Positions 9,078-15,757 of a stretch of 64,000 bases of DNA are shown piece after piece. Both the position numbers and the translations under genes were made by a program. Each line of letters opens with the position of its first letter. Position 1 is the first letter of the stretch. A model generated the notes under the pieces. The model was not told the origin of the DNA, ran no database searches, and saw only the letters and a list, made by a program, of their open reading frames with translations. The stretch covers positions 62,001 through 126,000 of IMG/VR virus record IMGVR_UViG_3300020172_001601; one strand, written 5' to 3'.

Positions 9078-9548
9078 ATGGCATCAATTTCGCTTGCGAA
9101 GGCCCTGAAGCTGAAGAACCGTCTGGCTGGTCGTCTGAACAAAGTTCAGAATGATATTGTGACGTACAACTCAGTCCTGACCGAACAAGCGGGCAAAGTT
9201 GATGTTCCCGCTCTGTGCAAACTGCGTGATGAGATCGCCGACAACCTCATCGCATTGAAGACGAAGATCATCGTCTCCAATGCTGAGATTCAGGGCGACC
9301 TGATTCGTCAGGGAGAATTGAAGTCCAAGTTGACGTGGCTTGCCACGCTCGACACCCGTGACGGCAAGGAACGTCATGGCTACCAAAACACCGAAGTAAC
9401 CTGGACGGCCACGCTCAAGAAGAAAGACGTGGACGACGAAACCAGGAAGCTGGAAACCGAGATCGACGCCATCCAGGATAAGCTGGACAGCTTCAACCAC
9501 ACGAAGAAAGTGGAAGTTGCTGATCGTTCGCTCGAACTCGCCAGCTAA
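9078..9548 (+). CDS. DIP1984-like coiled-coil protein
   Basis: ISLAKALKLKNRL...LETEIDAIQDKLDSFNHT pattern; strong RBS (CAGGAG). Confidence 0.6.
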   Translation: MASISLAKALKLKNRLAGRLNKVQNDIVTYNSVLTEQAGKVDVPALCKLRDEIADNLIALKTKIIVSNAEIQGDLIRQGELKSKLTWLATLDTRDGKERHGYQNTEVTWTATLKKKDVDDETRKLETEIDAIQDKLDSFNHTKKVEVADRSLELAS

Positions 9549-9555
9549 CGAGCCA

Positions 9556-9756
9556 CCACGATCCGGGAGAGTAAGAGGGTCTGTGAGGAAACTATCGGGG
9601 GCTTCGGCCACCGATGGTCGTTTCTCCGAAAGGAGAGACATTACATATTGTTCACGGTCAAGGTGACGCCTTATAGTTGAAACCTGATCGACTCAAAATG
9701 TAAGCCTCAAGCTACAAAACTTTTCCCCTCCTGGCTTTCCCTTTTCCGGGTCGTGG
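9556..9756 (+). ncRNA. structured ~200-nt RNA candidate
   Basis: Closing stem CCACGATCCGG/CCGGGTCGTGG with internal UUCG and GAAA hairpins. Confidence 0.55.
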
Positions 9757-9811
9757 CCTTTTCATGAACGGTAACTTCAGACGCTTAGTACGCAACCTTC
9801 GGAGGCAATCC

Positions 9812-10033
9812 ATGAAGACTTACATCTTCACTCTCACAGATGAAGCGCAGGCAGAACCAGCACGGTTCTTGCCGTTCATCGAGAGCGAACTTGCTGCCCA
9901 GGGTTGTAGGAATTTCCAATACCTCACAGAAGTTGGTTGCATCACAGCCGACTTCCCAGGTGAACGGACTTTCGGCCCGATCAACGGTATCGGATCAGCG
10001 GAAGAAAGCGTCGATTGCACGACGCAAGCGTAA
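9812..10033 (+). CDS. small hypothetical protein
   Basis: GGAGG RBS, 73 aa. Confidence 0.6.
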   Translation: MKTYIFTLTDEAQAEPARFLPFIESELAAQGCRNFQYLTEVGCITADFPGERTFGPINGIGSAEESVDCTTQA

Positions 10034-10035
10034 CA

Positions 10036-10202
10036 TGCCTTGGAAGGGGACCAGCATCCTCCCCAAAGTTGACTATATGTTGGTGATAGGTAGCATCTTC
10101 GGATGCCAACCCGCTTTAAGAACAAGCCAAACGTCTAGTGCCGAGTAGCTTGTTCTCCAACATGACTTCTACCTAAAAGGTGGAAGCGGCCCCTTCCAGG
10201 CA
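10036..10202 (+). ncRNA. long-hairpin RNA with central bubble (6S-like architecture?)
   Basis: TGCCTTGGAAGGGG/CCCCTTCCAGGCA closing stem, ATGTTGG/CCAACAT inner stem, hairpin in 3' bubble. Confidence 0.45.
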
Positions 10203-10208
10203 CCTTAT

Positions 10209-10338
10209 AACCCGATGGGCGTGGCGCAGCCCTAGTCAAAACGATATGCTCTACTGATTAGTAGTAGCTGGCGTATACTACGGGACACAATCAGTGGTGT
10301 ATCTACCTTAAACGGTGGGCAGCAGCCCCCATCGGGTT
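10209..10338 (+). ncRNA. structured RNA candidate
   Basis: Perfect 11-bp closing stem AACCCGATGGG/CCCATCGGGTT. Confidence 0.45.
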
Positions 10339-10343
10339 CCTTC

Positions 10344-10649
10344 ATGACACTTGCTGAATTGAAAGACAACTGGCAAAAGTACGGCGTGGATATTCAAGGT
10401 CAGATCAGGCCCTTGAAAGATTGCTTTGTGATTTGTTGGGGACCGATGCCCGATATTCCCGATGCCCTGTTGTTCGATACAGGCGGCGAACAAGGCGCAC
10501 CGGCATATGCGTTGAAGGTGGGAGAGAATGGGGAAGACCTGATTTCGGTCAACCCGGCCAATCCAGCCGAGACGACCGTGCTGGGGAAGTTGGTTCTTTT
10601 GGAAAATTCTGGAAATCGCAGTGAACCTTTTCCAGATTCGACTCTCTAG
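10344..10649 (+). CDS. hypothetical protein
   Basis: ORF 101 aa. Confidence 0.5.
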   Translation: MTLAELKDNWQKYGVDIQGQIRPLKDCFVICWGPMPDIPDALLFDTGGEQGAPAYALKVGENGEDLISVNPANPAETTVLGKLVLLENSGNRSEPFPDSTL

Positions 10650-10799
10650 TAATGTGCGGACGTGGAGGGCCGATATGTGTGGCTTTCTCTCGGCAGTCAC
10701 ATATGGTTAGCGAAGCCGGGAGTTTTTGAAAAAATAGATGACGAAAAAATTTCTTGGAAAAGTGAACCTTTTTTTGAAGTAAGTCGTCTATAATACTGT

Positions 10800-10870
10800 A
10801 GCGGGTTGGAGGAGTGGTTCCTTGCAAGGCTCATAACCTTGAGACACTGGTTCGAGTCCAGTACCCGCCA
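10800..10870 (+). tRNA. tRNA-Met(CAT), initiator-like 1:72 mismatch
   Basis: CAAGG-CTCATAA-CCTTG. Confidence 0.85.
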
Positions 10871-10893
10871 CTAGGTCGAAAGACCTTATATAT

Positions 10894-10967
10894 CGTAGGG
10901 TGGAGCAGTCTGGTAGCTCGCAAGGCTCATAACCTTGAGGCCGCAGGTTCAAATCCTGCCCCTGCCA
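10894..10967 (+). tRNA. tRNA-Met(CAT), initiator-like
   Basis: CAAGG-CTCATAA-CCTTG, C1 mismatch. Confidence 0.9.
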
Positions 10968-11045
10968 CTTTACAAGTCGAAAGACTTGTGGTAGAATCTT
11001 GAAGTTCGATAAACAAACACACGGCTCGTTGCCGTGTCAGGAGAC

Positions 11046-11183
11046 ATGACAATGTTCGTTCAAATTACCAATATCGGTCGCTGGCATAATGGGCAACAAG
11101 CCCAGCCACAGACAACGTGCGCCAAGCCCGCAGTGCGCACCGTCGTCGCCAATAAAGGTAATGAAGATACATTGCCTTCCTGA
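11046..11183 (+). CDS. putative 45-aa leader peptide
   Basis: CAGGAG RBS; MTMFVQITNIGRWH...EDTLPS*; lies between promoter (10969) and terminator. Confidence 0.55.
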   Translation: MTMFVQITNIGRWHNGQQAQPQTTCAKPAVRTVVANKGNEDTLPS

Positions 11184-11245
11184 CCGAACCATACAAGTTC
11201 GGCTCAGGATGCCTGAGCCGGACTGAAACAATATAAAGTTTCAGC

Positions 11246-11287
11246 AAACCCCGCCCAGGCAAGAAAAGCCTGGGCGGGGTTTTTTTG
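11246..11287 (+). terminator. strong intrinsic terminator/attenuator before tRNA array
   Basis: ACCCCGCCCAGGC/GCCTGGGCGGGGT followed by a T run. Confidence 0.85.
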
Positions 11288-11300
11288 TTGGATTTTTTAT

Positions 11301-11375
11301 TGCCGGGGGTTCTGTGCTGGTACGGAAACTTGACTCTGAATCAAGACGACGTAGGTTCGATTCCTACCCCGGCAG
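11301..11375 (+). tRNA. tRNA-Gln(CTG)
   Basis: CTTGA-CTCTGAA-TCAAG. Confidence 0.8.
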
Positions 11376-11439
11376 CTTCAAACTTGGGAGAATGATGATG
11401 ACAATGCACCGATATAAACGTGGAGCCATAACTGCATAT

Positions 11440-11512
11440 GGCTCCGACACCTTTAGTGGATGAGGCCCCGCCTTTTAAGCGGGTCAAGAGGGATCGTTAC
11501 CCTACGGAGCCA
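11440..11512 (+). tRNA. tRNA-Lys(TTT), atypical T loop
   Basis: CCCGC-CTTTTAA-GCGGG; T loop ATCGTTA. Confidence 0.7.
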
Positions 11513-11517
11513 CTTCT

Positions 11518-11602
11518 GCGCTCGACGCTGAATTGGTTGCAGCACCAGACTTTTAATCTGGTTTCCGCAAGGGACGTGTGGGTTCGAGTCCCACCGGGCG
11601 CA
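11518..11602 (+). tRNA. tRNA-Lys(TTT) with long variable arm
   Basis: CCAGA-CTTTTAA-TCTGG; V arm TTCC-GCAA-GGGA. Confidence 0.8.
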
Positions 11603-11627
11603 CTGTAACGAAATGAATGAACACTGA

Positions 11628-12053
11628 ATGAAACTGCAAGAATTGACGGGATTGAGTGACGCTGATCCGATTCATCGTTACTTAGGAATAGTGGATAGAT
11701 TCCTTGGGGAACATGACTGGTTTGAAACTTGTCATAAACTCCAGAAGGACGAAGTGATTGAGGCGATGTGGTTGTGCCTCGGTCATCCAGTTCAATATCC
11801 AATTGTTGAAGATTATTGTCTCGATAACTTCGAGGAATATCTTAAACAAAAAAGTGAACCTGAGATCGCCGATATTGTCTATAAGTTGAGGCGAAGGAAA
11901 GGGGAAGAAGGGATCGACAACCACGGGATTCGGGTAGTTATGATGTGGCTTATTGCCAATATCGACTATCTGAAAGAAAGATACTTGGAGGAAGGATACG
12001 GAAAACGCCATCGGAAAATAACAGCCGGTTGGTATCCAAGTATAGATGATTGA
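11628..12053 (+). CDS. hypothetical protein
   Basis: ORF 141 aa between tRNAs. Confidence 0.6.
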   Translation: MKLQELTGLSDADPIHRYLGIVDRFLGEHDWFETCHKLQKDEVIEAMWLCLGHPVQYPIVEDYCLDNFEEYLKQKSEPEIADIVYKLRRRKGEEGIDNHGIRVVMMWLIANIDYLKERYLEEGYGKRHRKITAGWYPSIDD

Positions 12054-12057
12054 ATAT

Positions 12058-12147
12058 TGTGAGATACGCTAGTTGGTAAGCGGCGAAGCTGTTAACTTCG
12101 TGCAATCCGTCTTGAACGGTACGCAGGTTCGACCCCTGCTCTCACAG
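12058..12147 (+). tRNA. tRNA-Asn(GTT) with long variable arm
   Basis: CGAAG-CTGTTAA-CTTCG; ~22-nt variable region. Confidence 0.75.
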
Positions 12148-12153
12148 CTTTCT

Positions 12154-12240
12154 ATTCCCGAACGGGAATAGAACGATCCCGAACGGGAATAATTTGATGT
12201 TTTTGGCAACAGAATAGTCAAATTATTCCCGAACGGGAAT
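12154..12240. repeat. three copies of palindrome A(T)TCCCGAACGGGAAT
   Basis: Copies at 12154, 12176, 12225. Confidence 0.85.
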
Positions 12241-12244
12241 GAAA

Positions 12245-12318
12245 CGGGGTGTGGGCTAAAGGCGAGCCGCCTGCTTTGGGAGCAGGACAACGAGTGAGTT
12301 CGATTCTCACCACCCCGA
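12245..12318 (+). tRNA. tRNA-Pro(TGG)
   Basis: CCTGC-TTTGGGA-GCAGG. Confidence 0.85.
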
Positions 12319-12325
12319 CTCGGTT

Positions 12326-12344
12326 GGTTCTTTGACAATTTGGT
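12326..12344 (+). promoter_or_regulatory. boxA-like antitermination element
   Basis: GGTTCTTTGACAATTTGGT; near-identical copy at 15556. Confidence 0.55.
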
Positions 12345-12354
12345 GGCAAAAAAT

Positions 12355-12425
12355 GGGGTCGTGGTGAAACGGGATCACGTCTGCTTTGCAAGCAGAAATT
12401 AAGGGTTCGATTCCCTTCGGCTCCA
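12355..12425 (+). tRNA. tRNA-Ala(TGC)
   Basis: TCTGC-TTTGCAA-GCAGA; G3:U70. Confidence 0.9.
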
Positions 12426-12437
12426 CTGGTTGATTGA

Positions 12438-12509
12438 CGGCGTATGTTGTAGTGGACTGCGAACTGCTCTGATAAGGCAGGAGTCCAGGTTCGATTCCTG
12501 GTACGCCGA
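12438..12509 (+). tRNA. tRNA-Ile(GAT)
   Basis: CTGCT-CTGATAA-GGCAG. Confidence 0.8.
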
Positions 12510-12515
12510 CTGAAT

Positions 12516-12583
12516 GGGGTAGCCTACGGGTAGGCTCTGTGCCTTGCAAGCACGGATATGGGGTTCAACTCCCCACTGCTCCA
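12516..12583 (+). tRNA. tRNA-Ala(TGC), reduced D arm
   Basis: CTGTGC-CTTGCAA-GCACGG; G3:U70. Confidence 0.7.
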
Positions 12584-12590
12584 CTGATAT

Positions 12591-12661
12591 AGGTGTGTGG
12601 TGTAGCGGTAGCACGCTGATCTCCAAAATCATCGGTGAGGGTTCGACTCCTTCCACACCTG
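12591..12661 (+). tRNA. tRNA-Trp(CCA)
   Basis: loop CTCCAAA, AGGTGTG/CACACCT. Confidence 0.85.
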
Positions 12662-12714
12662 CTGAGTTTATTGGTTCTCGACAACTCTTCGGAGTATAAA
12701 AACCAATACTGTAT

Positions 12715-12787
12715 TCCCTTGTAGCTCAATTGGTAGAGCGGCACGCTGTTAACGTGAAGGTTCTAGGTTCGAGTCCTAGCGAGGGAG
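12715..12787 (+). tRNA. tRNA-Asn(GTT)
   Basis: canonical cloverleaf, CTGTTAA loop. Confidence 0.92.
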
Positions 12788-12788
12788 C

Positions 12789-12862
12789 TTGGTTGAGAAA
12801 TGTAGGTTCGATTCCTACCCTGAGTAAGAGTAGCATAATATGGCCTAATGCGACTCAACCAA
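12789..12862 (+). ncRNA. circularly permuted tRNA-like RNA
   Basis: Terminal stem TTGGTTGAG/CTCAACCAA enclosing T arm BEFORE D arm. Confidence 0.65.
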
Positions 12863-12866
12863 ATAT

Positions 12867-12942
12867 TGCCGGGTATTCGGTGTTGGTATCCGTTCTCTGC
12901 CTTTGAAGCAGAAGGTCGGTGGTTCGATTCCACCCCCGGCAG
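12867..12942 (+). tRNA. tRNA-Gln(TTG)
   Basis: TCTGC-CTTTGAA-GCAGA. Confidence 0.8.
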
Positions 12943-12945
12943 CTA

Positions 12946-13192
12946 GAGAGTGTAGTGTGAATAGCCGCAGAGGTAAATTCACAAAAGTTGAAGGAAGTGC
13001 AAAGCTAAAACTGCAAGTAACAGTTGCAAAAGCTATAAAAACCGTGAGCGGCTGTAAGGGCCGACAGGCTTGGAGAAAATAACTTTGCATAGAGATCAAT
13101 GAGTAGTGTTTCGAGATAAGCGGTAGGCAGCACAGAGGCTATAGCATTTGCAACCGGAGCCTCCAGTTTAGGTTCGAGTCCTAACGCTCTCA
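12946..13192 (+). ncRNA. 247-nt tRNA-like RNA with very large D-loop insertion
   Basis: GAGAGTG/CGCTCTC acceptor; TTAGG-TTCGAGT-CCTAA; GAGGCT/AGCCTC stem with oversized loop. Confidence 0.65.
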
Positions 13193-13205
13193 CTTGTTAG
13201 TTTAC

Positions 13206-13278
13206 GGTTCCGTGGTGTAGTGGTACTGCATACCTCCCTGTCACGGAGAAGGTACGAGTTCGATCCTCGTCGGAACCG
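13206..13278 (+). tRNA. tRNA-Asp(GTC)
   Basis: CTGTCAC loop. Confidence 0.9.
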
Positions 13279-13280
13279 CT

Positions 13281-13352
13281 GTGATTGAAGCCAAACGGTG
13301 CGGCGTCTCTTTGTGAAAGAGATAATAGTGGGTTCGACTCCCATCAATCACC
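13281..13352 (+). tRNA. tRNA-His(GTG)
   Basis: TCTCT-TTGTGAA-AGAGA. Confidence 0.85.
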
Positions 13353-13364
13353 TGTTAGTTTTTT

Positions 13365-13437
13365 GGGCGTGGAGTTCGGTTGGTAGAACATCCCCCTGTC
13401 ACGGGGAAGGCTGCGGGTTCAACTCCCGTCACGCTCG
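13365..13437 (+). tRNA. tRNA-Asp(GTC)
   Basis: TCCCC-CTGTCAC-GGGGA. Confidence 0.85.
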
Positions 13438-13449
13438 CTAGTTAGTTTC

Positions 13450-13521
13450 GCCTTCGTGGTATAGTGGTATTACGCCTTCTTGGTAAGAAGGAAATCGTGA
13501 GTTCGATTCTCACCGAAGGCT
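13450..13521 (+). tRNA. tRNA-Thr(GGT)
   Basis: CCTTC-TTGGTAA-GAAGG. Confidence 0.9.
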
Positions 13522-13524
13522 CTT

Positions 13525-13597
13525 GATCTTGAAGCTCAAATGGATGAGCGACCACTTGTCTAGTGGAAGGTTGTAGGTTCGACTCCTATTGAGATCG
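13525..13597 (+). tRNA. tRNA-Asp(GTC)
   Basis: CCAC-TTGTCTA-GTGG. Confidence 0.8.
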
Positions 13598-13661
13598 CTA
13601 TGTTCATCAGGTCCGCTAACTTGGTGAACAGAAAGGTTGCGGCGAGTTTAGCGGCTCGTTT

Positions 13662-13738
13662 GAGGTTGTGTTCGTCTAGTGGTCTAGGATGCCGTCGTTG
13701 AAGACGGCGACATGGGTTCAAATCCCATACACAATCTC
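13662..13738 (+). ncRNA. Glu-like tRNA body with 6-nt anticodon loop
   Basis: CCGTC-GTTGAA-GACGG; extended acceptor GAGGTTGTGT/ACACAATCTC. Confidence 0.65.
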
Positions 13739-13753
13739 GCAACTGAATTTTAT

Positions 13754-13832
13754 GGCCGTGGAAACGAAAGCTCCGTGGTGGGGCATCAGACTGCAAATCT
13801 GACGTTAAGAGGTTCGACTCCTCCTGCGGCCT
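13754..13832 (+). tRNA. tRNA-Cys(GCA) with insertion before D arm
   Basis: TCAGA-CTGCAAA-TCTGA; U73. Confidence 0.75.
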
Positions 13833-13835
13833 CTC

Positions 13836-13906
13836 GATTCGGGTTAGTGTAACGGTAGCACGGAGCCGTCAAAGGCTCCAGAGTGGTTCGACTCCACACC
13901 CTTATC
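13836..13906 (+). ncRNA. tRNA-like RNA, short anticodon loop (TAGTGTAACGGTAGCACG family)
   Basis: GGAGCC-GTCAAA-GGCTCC; T arm present. Confidence 0.6.
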
Positions 13907-13913
13907 ACAATAT

Positions 13914-13983
13914 GTTCTGTCCTGCGGATTCAGGCATTGAGTCTACGAAACTCGACTGGAAGGTTCGACTCCTTCACGGAACA
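13914..13983 (+). tRNA. tRNA-Arg(ACG), compact non-canonical fold
   Basis: TTGAGT-CTACGAA-ACTCGA. Confidence 0.75.
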
Positions 13984-13991
13984 CTTGATAT

Positions 13992-14062
13992 GCCCGGTTG
14001 ATGAAATGGTATCGTGTCTGCATTACAAGCAGAATTCGGGGGTTCGATTCCCTCACCGGGTA
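13992..14062 (+). tRNA. tRNA-Val(TAC)
   Basis: TCTGC-ATTACAA-GCAGA. Confidence 0.85.
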
Positions 14063-14075
14063 CTGGATTGAATAT

Positions 14076-14147
14076 GGCCCATTCGTCTACTGGCTAGGAC
14101 CGCTGTTTTTCAGGCAGCAGAAGACGGATCGAAACCGTCATGGGTCA
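14076..14147 (+). tRNA. tRNA-Glu(TTC)
   Basis: GCTGT-TTTTCAG-GCAGC. Confidence 0.85.
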
Positions 14148-14149
14148 CT

Positions 14150-14229
14150 TAGTTGTTGGATAAATTAGTGTAACGGTAGCACGCCTCTCACCAAGGGGAA
14201 GATTGGTTCGATTCCAATACCAACAACTA
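14150..14229 (+). ncRNA. tRNA-like RNA with 5-nt anticodon loop
   Basis: CCTCT-CACCA-AGGGG; terminal stem TAGTTGTTGG/CCAACAACTA. Confidence 0.7.
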
Positions 14230-14301
14230 AATGAGACAAATTAGTGTAACGGTAGCACGCTCCCGTGGAGGGAGAAGATTGGTTCAACTCCAATACTCAT
14301 T
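14230..14301 (+). ncRNA. tRNA-like RNA with 5-nt anticodon loop (paralog)
   Basis: CTCCC-GTGGA-GGGAG; same D and T arms as previous. Confidence 0.7.
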
Positions 14302-14304
14302 TAC

Positions 14305-14377
14305 GCCGCTTTGAGCAGAGTGGGATTGCGCCTGTCTTGTAAACAGGAATGAGTGAGTTCGATTCTCACAGGCGGCT
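14305..14377 (+). tRNA. tRNA-Thr(TGT)
   Basis: CCTGT-CTTGTAA-ACAGG. Confidence 0.8.
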
Positions 14378-14406
14378 CTGAAACATTTAACCTTTGGAGA
14401 AATACT

Positions 14407-15154
14407 ATGGTGCGTCTTTGGCTCGAAACTGTGCGGATTTAGACCAACAGGTAGGTTACACCTGGGGCATTACTTCTCGGTGATTCAACCGGGACAAGCT
14501 GGGTGTACCGTACTGGTGGCAAACTATCATGCACCGGAGGTAAAGAATCTGGAAGTATCCGTGAACGCCTTACGGCAATACGGTGTCCAGACCATAGTGA
14601 TTCAGAAGGACGTGTTTGACGCTGAGTTGTTCTTCCGACTATTGACGCTCGCTAAAATGGGCGACTTGAGCCGGATGACACAATTCAAGTCAACAGAAGA
14701 GGACGATAGGACTGGCCAATTGTTGACCTACCCTGTTCTCATGGCGCATGATGTTGCGGGTTACTCCGAAGTCATTGTGGGCCTGGATCAGAAGCAGCAT
14801 TTGGAATATGCCAGAAAGCTGTTGAGAAAATACAACAGTGTATATGGCACGACATATCCAATCCCGATAGCGAATATCGTGGTGGGACGTGTCAAAGATT
14901 TGCGTGACCCGACGAAGAAAATGTCGAAGTCATCACCACAAGGATGTTTATTCCTTGATGATAAGGTTGATGATATTCAACAAAAGATTCGGAAAGCGAC
15001 CGCAGATGAAGAGGGCCTGAATAACTTGAAGTTTTTGTATGGGGAGTTTGTAAGAGAAACGCCTCCAACAAGTAATCAAGAACTAAAAGAAAAGCTGGCC
15101 GATGGTTTGGTGAAATGCTTTGCAAGCTGTAGTGGCACAGCATCCGGCTCTTAA
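14407..15154 (+). CDS. trpS: tryptophanyl-tRNA synthetase (compact), requiring +1 frameshift at 14416-14421
   Basis: GFRPTGRLHLGHY, YPVLMAHD, VGLDQKQHLE, KMSKS; the SD-associated ATG (14407) is out of frame with the catalytic ORF. Confidence 0.85.
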
Positions 15155-15189
15155 CCGGAAGGTTCAGGGTTCAAGTCCCTGGCGAAGCA
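15117..15189 (+). tRNA. tRNA-Lys(CTT), overlaps trpS 3' end
   Basis: TCCGG-CTCTTAA-CCGGA. Confidence 0.8.
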
Positions 15190-15194
15190 CTCTT

Positions 15195-15276
15195 GCAGGT
15201 ATGGCAGAACGGTTATGCACCTGACTCTTAATCAGGGATCGCAAGATCAACGTAGGTTCGACTCCTACTGCCTGCA
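15195..15276 (+). tRNA. tRNA-Lys(CTT) with long variable arm
   Basis: CCTGA-CTCTTAA-TCAGG; V arm GATC-GCAA-GATC. Confidence 0.85.
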
Positions 15277-15284
15277 CTATTTAC

Positions 15285-15356
15285 GGCGTGTTCGACTTCT
15301 GGTGAGGTCATCTGCCTTTCAAGCAGATTAGATGGGATCGAAACCCATACACGTCA
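15285..15356 (+). tRNA. tRNA-Glu(TTC)
   Basis: TCTGC-CTTTCAA-GCAGA. Confidence 0.85.
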
Positions 15357-15593
15357 CTTGTTGGTGGAAGAGTTCATATACAGTTGCCCAATACTATTTG
15401 CCTTCTAAGCAAATATAGGGCTACCAGGGCCATATGAAGGTCAACTGAAAAAACTGGAATATCGGCCACCCGAAACCAACAAAACAAAAACGGTTAGAGG
15501 GTTTGTACTCGACGCCGTGGATTGCCAATCTTGGGTGGGCGGCATTCCGAAGGCTGGTCTTTGACAATTTGGTAGTTAAATTAAGGCCAAGAA

Positions 15594-15728
15594 GTGCCTG
15601 TGGTGTAAGCTGGTCGGCAGCGTCGTGGAAACACGAAACACTACATTGCACGTTAATCACATTTTCCGGCAAGACCGGCTCTGTGATTAGCGTATAATGC
15701 CAATAGAGGTCGATTCCTCTCAGGCACA
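15594..15728 (+). ncRNA. expanded tRNA-like RNA
   Basis: GTGCCTG/CAGGCAC acceptor, T-like arm AGAGG-TCGATT-CCTCT, long stem GTTAATCAC/GTGATTAGC. Confidence 0.55.
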
Positions 15729-15757
15729 CTTCCCGGTCCAGAAATGGATCGGATTTT

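Noticed and set aside
12154-12240. Possible CRISPR array
   Set aside because: Only three 15-16-nt palindromes with irregular spacing and no cas genes
12946-13192. Canonical tmRNA (ssrA)
   Set aside because: No G3:U70 Ala identity, it has a D-like stem and it is short; kept only as tRNA-like ncRNA
14480-15154. ORF-track start for TrpRS at GTG 14480
   Set aside because: It omits the essential HLGH motif encoded just upstream in the same frame
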